The translations under genes and the position numbers were made by a program. Below the pieces are notes generated by a model. The model did not search any database. It was not told the origin of the DNA and saw only the letters and a program-made list of their open reading frames with translations. Of a stretch of DNA of 40,752 nucleotides, positions 17,649-28,100 are shown one piece after another. This stretch comes from a virus (lineage: Duplodnaviria > Caudoviricetes): positions 1 to 40,752 of IMG/VR virus record IMGVR_UViG_3300025782_000027; one strand, written 5' to 3'. Positions within the stretch are counted from its first letter, which is position 1. Every line of letters starts with the position of its first letter.

Positions 17649-19720
17649 TGTCATTTTTAAAGCTTGTTTTCAAACCTGGGGTTAACAGGGAAAAGACTCA
17701 ATATGCTACAGAGGGTGGGTGGTATTCGAGCCAGCTTGTGCGTTTTCGAGAGGGTTTTCCTGAAAAGATAGGCGGCTGGACACAATATTCAATCAATACA
17801 TTTCAAGGTGTTTGCCGTTCTCTTTGGAATTGGTTTACGTTTAACAACATTAGCTATATTGGCGTTGGTACAAATCTAAAGTTTTATATTACCTTTGGCA
17901 ATCTTTATTACGATATTACTCCCATTCGTGCAGTTAACACGCTAACAAATCCTTTTGCAACGACAAGCGGCAAAACTTCGGTGGTGGTTACAGATGCTAA
18001 CGGAGGATTTTCAATTAATGATTTTGTTACTTTCTCTGGCGCATCGGCTGTAGGCGGTCTTACGCTAAACGGAACGTATCAAGTTGCAATCGTATTGTCA
18101 GGTACTACTTATACGATTAATGCGGCTACGGCGGCCAGTAGTAGTGCAACAGGAGGCGGTACAGTTACGGCCTCTTATCAACTCAATACAGGGCCAGAAT
18201 ACGAAGTTGCATTTAATGGATGGGGCGCTGGTGCATGGGGTGGAGGAACATGGGGTAATGGTAGTACGACTCTCCAGTCTCTTCAGATATGGAATCAATA
18301 CAACTATGGCCAGGATTTGATCTATGGTCCTAGAGGCCAAGGTCTTTATTATTGGACAGCTTCTAATGGAACTGGAACGCCAGGTGTTAATTTAAACTCT
18401 CTTGGCGGAACGGTTACGATCTCAATAGGTACACCAGCTCTTATTGTTTCTAGCTTAAATTTGCCAACAGGAAGCTCAGTCACATTTGCAACAACTGGCG
18501 CTTTACCTACTGGTCTTAGTACGGGCACGCAGTATTATGTAATTAACGCGTCAGGCACACAGTTTAATGTGTCTTTGACTCAAAACGGCGCACCTGTTGC
18601 TACGTCAGGCACACAATCAGGAACGCAGTCTATTGCGATACTAGGAGACGTGCCTACCTTACAAAATAACATTGTTGTTTCTGATTCTTCTAGGTTTGTA
18701 ATTGTATTTGGTTGCAACAATATTGGTTCAACGACTATGAATCCTATGTTGATTCGTTGGTCAGACCAGGCTAATCCTTATGTTTGGTATCCATCTATTA
18801 CCAACCAAGCTGGTGGTCAAACACTATCTCATGGATCTCAGATTGTGACGGTTATTCAGACTCGTCAAGAGATTTTGGCTATTACAGATGCGGCCGTTTA
18901 TTCTGTACAGTATGTTGGTCCTCCTTTTGTGTGGAGCACTCAGCTTATGGGTGAAAATGTATCCATCATGGGACCAAATGCGGCAACGCTTGCGGCTGGT
19001 GTTGTGTACTGGATGGGGCGAGATAAGTTCTATATGTATACAGGTCAGGTTATGACTTTGCCATCGGACCTGCGTAGGTTTGTATTTCAAAACATAAATC
19101 AAAACCAAGCTCAACAAGTTTATGCCAGTACGTCTGAGGCTTTTAATGAAATTTGGTGGTTTTATGTTTCAGGATCAGGAACTAGGATTAATGCCTATGT
19201 AGTTTATAACTATATTGACAAGATTTGGTATTATGGATCATTGGCTAGGACAGCATGGTTAGATACGGGATTGCAATCCAGCCCAGTTGCGGCCACATAT
19301 AACGGCTACCTTGTTAACCAGGAAAGCGGTGTTGATGACAATGAGACGGGTACTCCAGCGGCCATAGATTCTTACATTATTTCATCCGAGATTGATATTG
19401 CACAAGCGCAGGGTGAGCGCTTTGCTTTTGTAGATAAAATGCTTCCAGATGTAACGTTCACTGGTTCTACGGCTGGTACAACGCCGCAAGCTACGATGAC
19501 GATATATCCATTAACAAACATGGGTTCAGGTGTAGGCACGCCAAACTCGCCGCAAGTTAACTATATAGCGTCTGTAAACCTTACCGAAGAATTTACAGGA
19601 TATGTGTATGTTCGCATTAGAGGCCGTCAATTGATTGTCAAGATGGAATCCAACAAGATTGGAACCCAATGGCAATTAGGTACACCTTTGATGAGCATTA
19701 GACCAGATGGCAGAAGATGA
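17648..19720 (+). CDS. Tail nozzle / packaged-DNA stabilisation protein (P22 gp10 / T7 gp12-like) with inserted beta modules
   Basis: KPGVNRE...VRFR.G.PEKIGGW, LIRWSDQ, YWMG..KFY.Y.G, FNEIWWFY and RPDGRR C-terminus; beta-propeller-like size and position. Confidence 0.7.
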   Translation: MSFLKLVFKPGVNREKTQYATEGGWYSSQLVRFREGFPEKIGGWTQYSINTFQGVCRSLWNWFTFNNISYIGVGTNLKFYITFGNLYYDITPIRAVNTLTNPFATTSGKTSVVVTDANGGFSINDFVTFSGASAVGGLTLNGTYQVAIVLSGTTYTINAATAASSSATGGGTVTASYQLNTGPEYEVAFNGWGAGAWGGGTWGNGSTTLQSLQIWNQYNYGQDLIYGPRGQGLYYWTASNGTGTPGVNLNSLGGTVTISIGTPALIVSSLNLPTGSSVTFATTGALPTGLSTGTQYYVINASGTQFNVSLTQNGAPVATSGTQSGTQSIAILGDVPTLQNNIVVSDSSRFVIVFGCNNIGSTTMNPMLIRWSDQANPYVWYPSITNQAGGQTLSHGSQIVTVIQTRQEILAITDAAVYSVQYVGPPFVWSTQLMGENVSIMGPNAATLAAGVVYWMGRDKFYMYTGQVMTLPSDLRRFVFQNINQNQAQQVYASTSEAFNEIWWFYVSGSGTRINAYVVYNYIDKIWYYGSLARTAWLDTGLQSSPVAATYNGYLVNQESGVDDNETGTPAAIDSYIISSEIDIAQAQGERFAFVDKMLPDVTFTGSTAGTTPQATMTIYPLTNMGSGVGTPNSPQVNYIASVNLTEEFTGYVYVRIRGRQLIVKMESNKIGTQWQLGTPLMSIRPDGRR

Positions 19721-19896
19721 TACCCAATAACCCAGCCCCTCCTAATTTGCCGCTTGCGCCGACACCCTATTCTAATGAATGGATGAATCAGTTCGAGAAG
19801 ATATTACAGTTGTACTTTTCTCAACTTAATGCAACAAATACTGCTTCATTGGCTCAAATATCAACAAATCAAACATTAATCTGGTTGGAGACTTAA
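19717..19896 (+). CDS. 59-aa conserved phage protein (not in the ORF track)
   Basis: ATGA and TAATG overlaps fill the gap exactly; MIPNNPAPPNLPLAPTPYSNEWMNQFEKILQLYFSQLN... Confidence 0.75.
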   Translation: MIPNNPAPPNLPLAPTPYSNEWMNQFEKILQLYFSQLNATNTASLAQISTNQTLIWLET

Positions 19897-20234
19897 TGGC
19901 TAATTATCAAAACGTCACCCCCAATCAACTTGCTCAATCGGCTTTGACGGCAAGCTATGTATCTATTTATACGGTTCCTGCAACAGTTAGGGCGTATCTT
20001 AAAGATATGGATATTTGTAACACAACATCTGGGGCGCTGACAGTTTATGTATCTATTGTTTCTCCATCTGGAACGGCAGGGACTTCAAACGCTATCTTTT
20101 ATTCAACATCAGTGCCAGCTTACTCTACCCTGCAATGGACGGGCTCGCAGATTATGTTGCCAGGCGTGACTTTGCAAGCCAAAGGATCAAGTACAGGGTT
20201 AACCATAACTGTTAGCGGTGGGGAGGCAGTATGA
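19896..20234 (+). CDS. Small virion structural protein
   Basis: IYTVPA...ICNT...SGGE beta-sandwich pattern common in phage tail regions. Confidence 0.6.
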   Translation: MANYQNVTPNQLAQSALTASYVSIYTVPATVRAYLKDMDICNTTSGALTVYVSIVSPSGTAGTSNAIFYSTSVPAYSTLQWTGSQIMLPGVTLQAKGSSTGLTITVSGGEAV

Positions 20235-21034
20235 TTACGCTATATCCATCACAAGGAAGCTCTTCAAATCCATTAACCGTTTACACAAATAACGAAAATC
20301 CGTTGGCTTTGCCGCCATATTTGCAAGTTTCTCGCGGGCTTGTTACAGGTACTTCGGTAGTTAATATTTATGGGTATCAAAATGCACTACCCAATTCTAG
20401 TGCCGCAACTTATTATCCCGTTTGGGAAAACACTACTGCTTATACATATCCAGGCTCAGCGTCAACAATGTTACTTTGGAGTTCATCTGGATCAGATACA
20501 AACGTATCGGTATTAATTAACGGACTTGATTCAAGCTACAACTTATTGTCAGAAACTTTGACTTTAACCAATGGCACAACAGGTGTAACTACTGCAAATT
20601 CATACTTAAGAATCAATGGAATACAAGTTTCTGGATCGGTTAATGCTGTTGGCACACTCAACTTAGGAAATGCGGGTAAGACCGTTCAGTACGCAGAAAT
20701 TACTGCTGGGAATGGTAAAAGCCAAGCCATGATATATACCGTGCCAAACGGATATACGTTTTATCTGACCCGCTCCAATGCTTATTCAAATCAAAACGGA
20801 AACACAATTAACAACTATTGTAGTTATCGGGTATGGACGCAAAATACAAATGGAATAATTAACATCTTACTCCAAGCGCCATTTACAAATTCGTACCAAA
20901 CACTTAGGGTAGCGCCCCGTGCATATGCACAAAAAACTGATATTCAATGGCAAGCCGCTGGCGGTCCGTCTTCTGGAACATCGGCAGTGGGTATTGGTGT
21001 AGAAGGTATTTTAATTGCCACTGGAACGGCTTAA
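20231..21034 (+). CDS. Virion structural protein
   Basis: LQVSRG, I.GLD..Y, YLRIN, IYTVPNG.TFYL and KTDI motifs. Confidence 0.6.
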   Translation: MITLYPSQGSSSNPLTVYTNNENPLALPPYLQVSRGLVTGTSVVNIYGYQNALPNSSAATYYPVWENTTAYTYPGSASTMLLWSSSGSDTNVSVLINGLDSSYNLLSETLTLTNGTTGVTTANSYLRINGIQVSGSVNAVGTLNLGNAGKTVQYAEITAGNGKSQAMIYTVPNGYTFYLTRSNAYSNQNGNTINNYCSYRVWTQNTNGIINILLQAPFTNSYQTLRVAPRAYAQKTDIQWQAAGGPSSGTSAVGIGVEGILIATGTA

Positions 21035-21056
21035 ATGTTAAAATTTGACCAAATTT
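21015..21056 (+). promoter_or_regulatory. Putative sigma70 promoter for the ejection-protein genes, overlapped by an inverted repeat
   Basis: TTGCCA (21015-20), 18-nt spacer, TAAAAT (21039-44) preceded by TGn; AAATTTG-AC-CAAATTT at 21041-56. Confidence 0.5.
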
Positions 21057-21067
21057 AAGGGGTTATT

Positions 21068-22471
21068 ATGGGTTTTTTCAGCGATTTAGTATCCAATCCT
21101 AGTAAAGCATTTGGCTCTGACCTAACAGGCGGTAGTTCTGCTATTGGTCAAGCTGGTCAAGCTATAGGAATATGTGGTCGAGCCGCAATCTCAAATCCTT
21201 TAGTAGATGCTTTAGCTGGAGCCGCATTAGCTTATTTTGACCCCTTATCAATGGTGTCTGGATTAGGCGGGCTGACTGGTCTTGGCATGGGTGCTAATGC
21301 TGGTTTAATAACGGGAGGTCTTGCTGGATTATCTACGGGTAACTTAAAGACTGGATTACAAGCTGGATTAGCGGGCTGGACTGGAGGTTCTTTAGCATCT
21401 GGAATAGCTGGATCTGCCGCATCAAAAGCAGACGCAATTAATCAACTTGGCACACAGCAATTACAACCTACGGCCGCACAAACTGCTTCTAATAATGCTA
21501 TTGGTGTAGCTCAACCTTATGATACGGTTAACTATACAGCTAACCCAGTTACGGCTAATCCTGCTACGGCTGGAACTGGCGCAAGCAATCCTTTATCTGC
21601 CGCAACAACTACTGCCGCACCTAGCGCCGCACCCGTTGTAACTCCATCTGCAACAGCCAGTAATCCAAGTATGTTGCAACAGGCAAAGAATTACATTATT
21701 AGTTCTTATGAAAAATGCGCTCCACTGACAATAGCGGCTGGATTGGGTGCAACAGGTTTGGCGGTTCAAGGACTTAAGAAAGCTTCTTCAGCTAATACTG
21801 TTTCAGCGCCTGTAAGTCCATCATCAAATGTGATTCGTGAATATTCTTACAATCCTTCTACGGGACAATATGCGGCTGGGCCTGTTATAAATGCGTCTAA
21901 TTTTGGAACGCAACCCATAGTTCCAGTTAATTATTGCAATAAATGTAGTACATATACATTCCAATCTGCACCACAACAATCCAGTCAAAACTACAATACC
22001 ATGACTGGCGATAGTAAAAATGCTTATAACTTTCTTTCTGGCCAAACTAATCAACCCAAAATAACTGGAAACACATATCAAGGACAAGTTGCTGTTCCTT
22101 ATTTGTGTTATGCGCAGAACCCAACTAAGTATGCACTTGGTGGTATTACCGCTTTAAATCATGGTGGTCAAGCAGTGGGTCATTTAGGAGGTTATTCAGA
22201 TGGAGGTCGTTTATTACGCGGGCCAGGTGATGGTGTCTCTGATTCGATTCCTGCAACTATTGGTGCTCATAACCCTGAGCCTGCCCGTCTTGCTGACGGT
22301 GAGTTTGTGGTTCCTGCTCGTATTGTTTCTGAGCTTGGCAATGGATCGACTGAAGCTGGAGCTCGCAAACTTTACCAAATGATGGATCGCGTACAGAAGA
22401 ATAGAGCACGCTCTGTTGGCCATAACAAAGTGGCTGTAAATTCGCACTCTGATAAATTTTTACCCGCATAA
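21068..22471 (+). CDS. Putative internal virion (ejection) protein
   Basis: Gly/Ala/Leu hydrophobic N-terminus; YALGG and YSDGG motifs; GPGDGVSDSIPA...ARLADGEFVVPA C-terminal domain. Confidence 0.65.
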   Translation: MGFFSDLVSNPSKAFGSDLTGGSSAIGQAGQAIGICGRAAISNPLVDALAGAALAYFDPLSMVSGLGGLTGLGMGANAGLITGGLAGLSTGNLKTGLQAGLAGWTGGSLASGIAGSAASKADAINQLGTQQLQPTAAQTASNNAIGVAQPYDTVNYTANPVTANPATAGTGASNPLSAATTTAAPSAAPVVTPSATASNPSMLQQAKNYIISSYEKCAPLTIAAGLGATGLAVQGLKKASSANTVSAPVSPSSNVIREYSYNPSTGQYAAGPVINASNFGTQPIVPVNYCNKCSTYTFQSAPQQSSQNYNTMTGDSKNAYNFLSGQTNQPKITGNTYQGQVAVPYLCYAQNPTKYALGGITALNHGGQAVGHLGGYSDGGRLLRGPGDGVSDSIPATIGAHNPEPARLADGEFVVPARIVSELGNGSTEAGARKLYQMMDRVQKNRARSVGHNKVAVNSHSDKFLPA

Positions 22472-22480
22472 GGATTAAAT

Positions 22481-23581
22481 ATGGCTTGCCCTACCTCAGT
22501 CAGTTACACAACGACAACGATACCGTGTTACGCGGCTCCTTATGCTACGAGCATGTTGGGCAAGACCCAGGCATTAACTTGTACAACTCAAAATCCTTAC
22601 ATGAAGTATTTGGGCTGTACAGTAGCCCAATTTACTCCTCTTGAGCAACAAGCATTTACAGCACAAGCCGCGCAACAAGTTGCACCCCAGCTTAAATGTG
22701 CAACAACTATGGCGGGTAATGCTGGACTTGCAGGATTAAATACACGTTACGCCTACAACCCTTATCAAGCTCAACAGGTAGGCACAGGGAACTTTACTGA
22801 TCCTAATACGGCTATGGCCTATATGAATCCGTATTTGCAGGCATCTTTGGCTCCTCAAATACAGTTGATGCAACAGCAACAGGCTCAACAACAACAAATG
22901 AACCAGGCATCGGCCGTTGGACAAGGCGCATTTGGCGGTACACGTTGCGCTGTTTTGACTGGAGCTCAGAATCAAGCTAACCAACTGGCTCAACAAAACT
23001 TAATTGGTAATGCGTTTAACCAAGCTTATAAATGTGCAGAAGCTCAATACTCTACTTGTGCGGCTAGAAACTTACAAGCGCAAACAACAAACCAGGCGGC
23101 TAATCAGACTGCGGCTAACCTTAACGCACAACAACAACAGTTTGGAGCTAATTTAGGTTTGCAAGGACTTAACTTAGCCAACACAGCGGCTGGTACGCTT
23201 AATACGCTTGGTAACTCACAGTTTACACAAGGTGAAAATTTAATTAACAATCAAGAGCAATTGGGTGCTGTACAACAACAGCAAGTTCAAAATGTTCTTA
23301 ACCAACAATATCAATGTTACTTAAACGCTAAGAATTATCCTTATGAACAATTAAGTTATGAGTCTAATATTTTGCATGGTTTGCCAATGACAAATACAAC
23401 TGCTCAAACTTATCAAGCTCCTCCATCTATGTTATCGCAAGTGGCAGGCTTAGGTCTTGGTGTGGCTGGTCTTTCTAGCCTTGGAGGATCTACAACAACT
23501 TCTAACAAGAAAAAAGGTGGTGCAATTAAGCATCGAAAATCCAATGGCATTGTTGATTTAGCAATAGCGAAAATGGGGTAA
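22481..23581 (+). CDS. Putative internal virion (ejection / pilot) protein, Gln/Ala-rich
   Basis: YMNPY, GAFGG.R, poly-Q helices and a C-terminal GLGLGVAGL segment; 9 Cys and only 2 Asp. Confidence 0.65.
   Translation: MACPTSVSYTTTTIPCYAAPYATSMLGKTQALTCTTQNPYMKYLGCTVAQFTPLEQQAFTAQAAQQVAPQLKCATTMAGNAGLAGLNTRYAYNPYQAQQVGTGNFTDPNTAMAYMNPYLQASLAPQIQLMQQQQAQQQQMNQASAVGQGAFGGTRCAVLTGAQNQANQLAQQNLIGNAFNQAYKCAEAQYSTCAARNLQAQTTNQAANQTAANLNAQQQQFGANLGLQGLNLANTAAGTLNTLGNSQFTQGENLINNQEQLGAVQQQQVQNVLNQQYQCYLNAKNYPYEQLSYESNILHGLPMTNTTAQTYQAPPSMLSQVAGLGLGVAGLSSLGGSTTTSNKKKGGAIKHRKSNGIVDLAIAKMG
22670..22685. repeat. 16-bp palindrome, 15/16 copy (GCGCAACAAGTTGCAC)
   Basis: Read directly from the sequence. 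Confidence 0.85.
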
Positions 23582-23583
23582 AT

Positions 23584-25179
23584 ATGTTTAATCCAAGTAC
23601 TACACCTTTCCAGCCTGGTCAAATCGACCAGACTATGGCTATGTTGGCTAGTTTAAAAGACCAAGGTAAGCTACAACAGTATGTAATGCAACACCAGTGC
23701 AATCCTAATTTGGTTGCACTTGCATCTCAAGTTAATTCTATGAGCCAACAATCAGCTCAGCCAGGGCCGCAAACGACAGTTAAAGACCAGGCTATTCAAG
23801 CTATGGGTCAGCCAAGTCAGCCAGGAGCACCCACAGGTCAACCCGAACAAACGCCTGATCCAGAAATGGAAATTAGACAAGCTATTGACGAAAGTATTGC
23901 CAACAAAGACTTTGAGACTGCAAAAAAACTTATTACGAAATTAAAAGATATTGACAAAATAGAACCGCCAGAACCTATGGTTCCTGGTGGGGGTGCTTTG
24001 CCTGGAGATAATCCTAATATGCCTCATGGTGGATCACCTATGGCATTACCAGAAGAACAAGGAATTGGTACTTTGCCAGCTCAAAATCTTCAAGGTATGG
24101 GTCATGCAGATGGCGGGATTATTGGTTATGCAGGCGGCGGTACTGGTAGCACTTATAAACCATTAACAGATGAAGATATTTCTGCTGTATTAAATCCAAA
24201 AGATACACAAGGAAATAGTTCTCTTATAACTCCTGAACAATTGCAGACAAAACAAGAGGCAATGGTTAAGCCAAAGAATCAACAAGTAGAGTCTGATTAT
24301 GCGCCATTTGCACAAAGAATTGCTCAAAAACAAGCTAAGCTCGATGCTAGTTCTGGAAACAATTTAGGTACTGCGCTATTAACTGCTGGTCTTGGAATGA
24401 TGGCGGGCACTTCCCCTTATGCAATGGCTAACATTGGTCAAGGCGGGTTAAAAGGTCTTGAGACTTATACAGCGGCACAAAAAGCCGATCAACAAGCACA
24501 AGATGCTTTGGACAATTCCAATCTATCACTTATGCAAGCCAAACGCGCTGAGAAATCTGGCAACTATCGTGATGCCGCTTTACTTATGGATACGGCTCAG
24601 AAACAAAACGATGCCAAAGTTGCTCACGGCCTTGCCTCGTTACAACTTAAAAACACATCTCAATATCAGAATGAAGAAGCTATTGCTAAGAGAATCCAAC
24701 TTGGTAATGAAGCTGAGAAAATTAAATCTGATGCAGATTGGCATAAAATTTATGGTGATTATTTAACTAATAAAAGCGGCCCGCAAAGTGCAGAGCAAAA
24801 AGAAGTTGATGCTTTATTTGCAAAACAAACTGCAAAAGCAATTGCAGATAGAGACGCATTAATTAAACAAGGATTCCCGTCTAATGTTTCAAAGATTAAT
24901 GCTTTAAGCGCTGAAATAAATCAAGTTGCCGATAATCTTTACGGTTCTAGGCCACATTTACAACATCCAGGCTATCAAACAACATACGATCCAAAAGCGG
25001 CTCAACCACAAGCTGGTCCTCACTTCTGGAGTGAAGATATTCCTGGTACATTACAGGCTATGCCAATACAAAAAACACCACCAGTAGTTCCAAAACAAGG
25101 AATTCCTAATACAAACGGTTTGCCAACTGCTCAACAAGCAGGAGCTCCAGCGATAGATTTTTCTGCTCTTCCTAGATAA
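23584..25179 (+). CDS. Putative internal virion (ejection) protein
   Basis: LPEEQGIG.LPA.N, HADGGIIGYAGGG and AGLGMMAGTSPYAMANIGQG motifs; coiled coil. Confidence 0.65.
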   Translation: MFNPSTTPFQPGQIDQTMAMLASLKDQGKLQQYVMQHQCNPNLVALASQVNSMSQQSAQPGPQTTVKDQAIQAMGQPSQPGAPTGQPEQTPDPEMEIRQAIDESIANKDFETAKKLITKLKDIDKIEPPEPMVPGGGALPGDNPNMPHGGSPMALPEEQGIGTLPAQNLQGMGHADGGIIGYAGGGTGSTYKPLTDEDISAVLNPKDTQGNSSLITPEQLQTKQEAMVKPKNQQVESDYAPFAQRIAQKQAKLDASSGNNLGTALLTAGLGMMAGTSPYAMANIGQGGLKGLETYTAAQKADQQAQDALDNSNLSLMQAKRAEKSGNYRDAALLMDTAQKQNDAKVAHGLASLQLKNTSQYQNEEAIAKRIQLGNEAEKIKSDADWHKIYGDYLTNKSGPQSAEQKEVDALFAKQTAKAIADRDALIKQGFPSNVSKINALSAEINQVADNLYGSRPHLQHPGYQTTYDPKAAQPQAGPHFWSEDIPGTLQAMPIQKTPPVVPKQGIPNTNGLPTAQQAGAPAIDFSALPR

Positions 25180-25187
25180 GGATAATC

Positions 25188-28100
25188 ATGGATGTAAGAA
25201 TGCCAGATGGGACGCTTGTCAGAGGCGTTCCTGATGATATTACCCAAACTGAATTATTGAGAAGATACTCATTATTCAAAGCACCTTCTGAAGCTACGCC
25301 TGAAGAAAGTAGAAAATATGTTAATAACCAATTAGGATTAGCAGGTTTAGCCAATGCAGGCAGAGGTCCTATCAATCCCAATGAAGAAGACATACAGGGA
25401 ATCATTGCTCAAAATCAACAACCAGCAGTGCAACAAGTTGCACCGCCTGCACCTCCTGTAGCGCAAGCTCCAATAGTCCCAACCCCAGTGCAACAAGTTG
25501 CACCCCCAGAGCCACAACAGGAACAGCCTTGGTATTCTGGTATTGCCAAGTTTGGTCAAGATCAACAAAAGAAACGTGATCAACTTGCCAAATCCGCAGT
25601 TCCATTGGCACAAGACGTTGGAGCCGCTATTGCCGCTACTCCTTTGGCATTTGAGGCTGGAGCTCAAGCGTTATCTCAGGGAGCAGATCCTAGTGCTTTG
25701 ACAGGAGATGCTTGGAAACACGACTTTATTGCTGAACAACGTGCACTGGCCAAAAAGAATGCCGAAAATCCAGAGCTTAAAAACGAATATCTATTAGGTG
25801 TTGACAGAGCCAAGATTAGAAATTTGCCACAGAATGCGGCATTTTCTGTATTGTCTATGGGTTCAGGATTGGCAGGTGCGGCAGTTGGATTTGTTACTCC
25901 ACTTCCATTGGCAACCGAAGCAGGCACGATGGCGGCATCTGGTGCGGCGGCTTACCGCATGGATACCAACGGATTCTTACGAGACATAAGAGAAAAGCTA
26001 GACGATGCTTCTATAAAGGCAACAGGCAAACCATTGACCGATGAGCAATGGCTTAAAACAGCTCAGGAATACCAAGGACTTGTCAGAGAGCACGGCGCAT
26101 GGGAGGCATTGCCAGAGGCGCTAGGAAACGTGTTTGGTAACAAATTGGCTGGGGTTATATTCAAGGAAGCAGGCCAAGGACTTATGGGCGTGCTCAAGTC
26201 TTTTGGTGCTGGTGCGTTAGAGCTTGTAAATGAGCTTGGCACAGAAACCATCACACAAATTGGTCAGCACAATACTGAACTGGCCGCTGGAGTCAATGAC
26301 GATCCTAACGCTAAACCAAGATCATTTACCAATCCTGATGATATTTGGAAGTCTGCTAAAGAAGTAGCGCCAGATGTTCTTTTATTGACTGGTGCAATGA
26401 GCGGTGGAGCTCACGTTGCTGGTTCTATTTATAACTCAACAGATTACGCTAAGACTAAAGAACTTGCAAAAGAATTAAACGCAAAAGATTTCTTAGATAC
26501 AAAAACGCCTGAAGGTTTATTGGCATTACAAAAAGCCGCAGATCAACAGTTTGCACTTGGTCCTGGTACAAGTAACAATGTAATTCCACAAGTTACAACT
26601 AGAACGCCTGGTATTAATCCTAATCAACCGCCAGAGCCTCCAGAAGAAGAGCAAGCACCTGAAGTACCTACTGCTACTTCTACTCCTCCTGCCGCGCCTA
26701 CCACCCGCGCTAAAACTCTTCCTGTTGATGAAGATACGCAGGCTATGTTGGATGAGCTACAAGGAAAGCCAGCAAAACCTAAAACTCCTACTGCTGATAT
26801 TAACGAAAAGAATCTTAAAGGCCGTTTTGATGGAATTTTTAGCGGCAAAGACTTTTCTTCTGGTGAAGAAGGTGAGGCTTGGTATCATCCAAAAACAAAT
26901 AAATTAACTACTGAAGGGGTTGATGGAACACCAGTTCAACACTATGCAGGAGATAAAACTGCTACTGGACTGACAAATGTAACTCCAATTAACACGCCAG
27001 AAGAGGCAAAAGCGGCAATTGATGCTGGCAAATCTTTTGCTACTGTACAAGAAGGAACTGATCCTTTTAAACCTGTAGAGACAAAACCTGTAAAGACAAA
27101 GCCTTCAGGTAAAAAACCAGTTCAGAATAAAGACAATCCAATACAAACCTTTGATGCGGGAAACAATACGGAAGTTAGAGTATTTCCTAATGACAAAGGA
27201 TATATAGCAAACTTTTACGATAAAGATTCTGGTAATTACATAGGCGGGAAAATATTTCCAACTAATAATTTTGGCGATCAAGCATTGCCAAAAGCATTGG
27301 AATTTGCGCAAGTCGAATCTGACAAGTCCAAGAAAATGGCTGGTGAAGCGCCCCCAGAAAATGTTACTACCCGTATTCGAGATCAAATAAAAAATTCTGA
27401 AATTGGTCAAAATCAACAAGTTACTCCTGAAGTGCAACAAGTTGCACCTACTGAAGTTCAAGCTAACCCAGCTTCTACAGTTCAACCATCTGCTGACGTT
27501 CCCTTAGACGAGAAAGCCAAGGCTAAACAAGACTTGGAAGATGCGTTAGGAGATTTGTCTTTACTCATGGGTAAAGGCGGTCGATTAAACATTGTTCCTG
27601 AAGACGAACAAAAGTTAATGCCTATTCTTACAAAGCTGATGGATGCGGCTTTTAGAATGGGTTATATCAAGTTTAAAGAAGCGGCCAAGTTTGTAATGGA
27701 TATGATCCGCTCCAAGATTGGTAAAGATGTTGCAGACCAAGTGTCATTGGATCACTTGCAGGGCGCTTACATCGGCATGGCTGGAAAGTATCAGGACAAA
27801 GGTGCAGATAATAAGAAAGATGTTATCTCTGTTGAGTCTTTGCACGAAATCCACAATGAAGCGCCAACAACTACAGACGTAGATATTAATACTCCGCAAG
27901 GACAATTTCACGTTGCCACACAGATTGGCGCATTCTTTCTTGAAGGCGGTAAGTTTGAGAACATTAATCAAGCCAGAGCAAAAATCGAGGAAATCACAGG
28001 ACAGAAGATACCGCCAGGAACTAATGAGGCTAAATCAGCAGATGAAGCCATCGAGGTCGGCGTTGTTCTTGCGGCTAGACATATCGTAGGACAAGGCGGT

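Noticed and set aside
22481-23581. Genome-wide reassignment of TGY codons to Asp
   Set aside because: TGY encodes clearly required Cys elsewhere (CxxC at 4283 and 36508, lipoboxes at 15043 and 15874, Cas4-like cluster), and GAY is used normally
25428-25503. CRISPR-like repeat-spacer-repeat formed by two palindromes 60 bp apart
   Set aside because: Repeat is only 16-18 bp, there are two copies, they sit in-frame inside a coding linker, and there is no cas operon; the Cas4-like gene is a typical phage recombination nuclease
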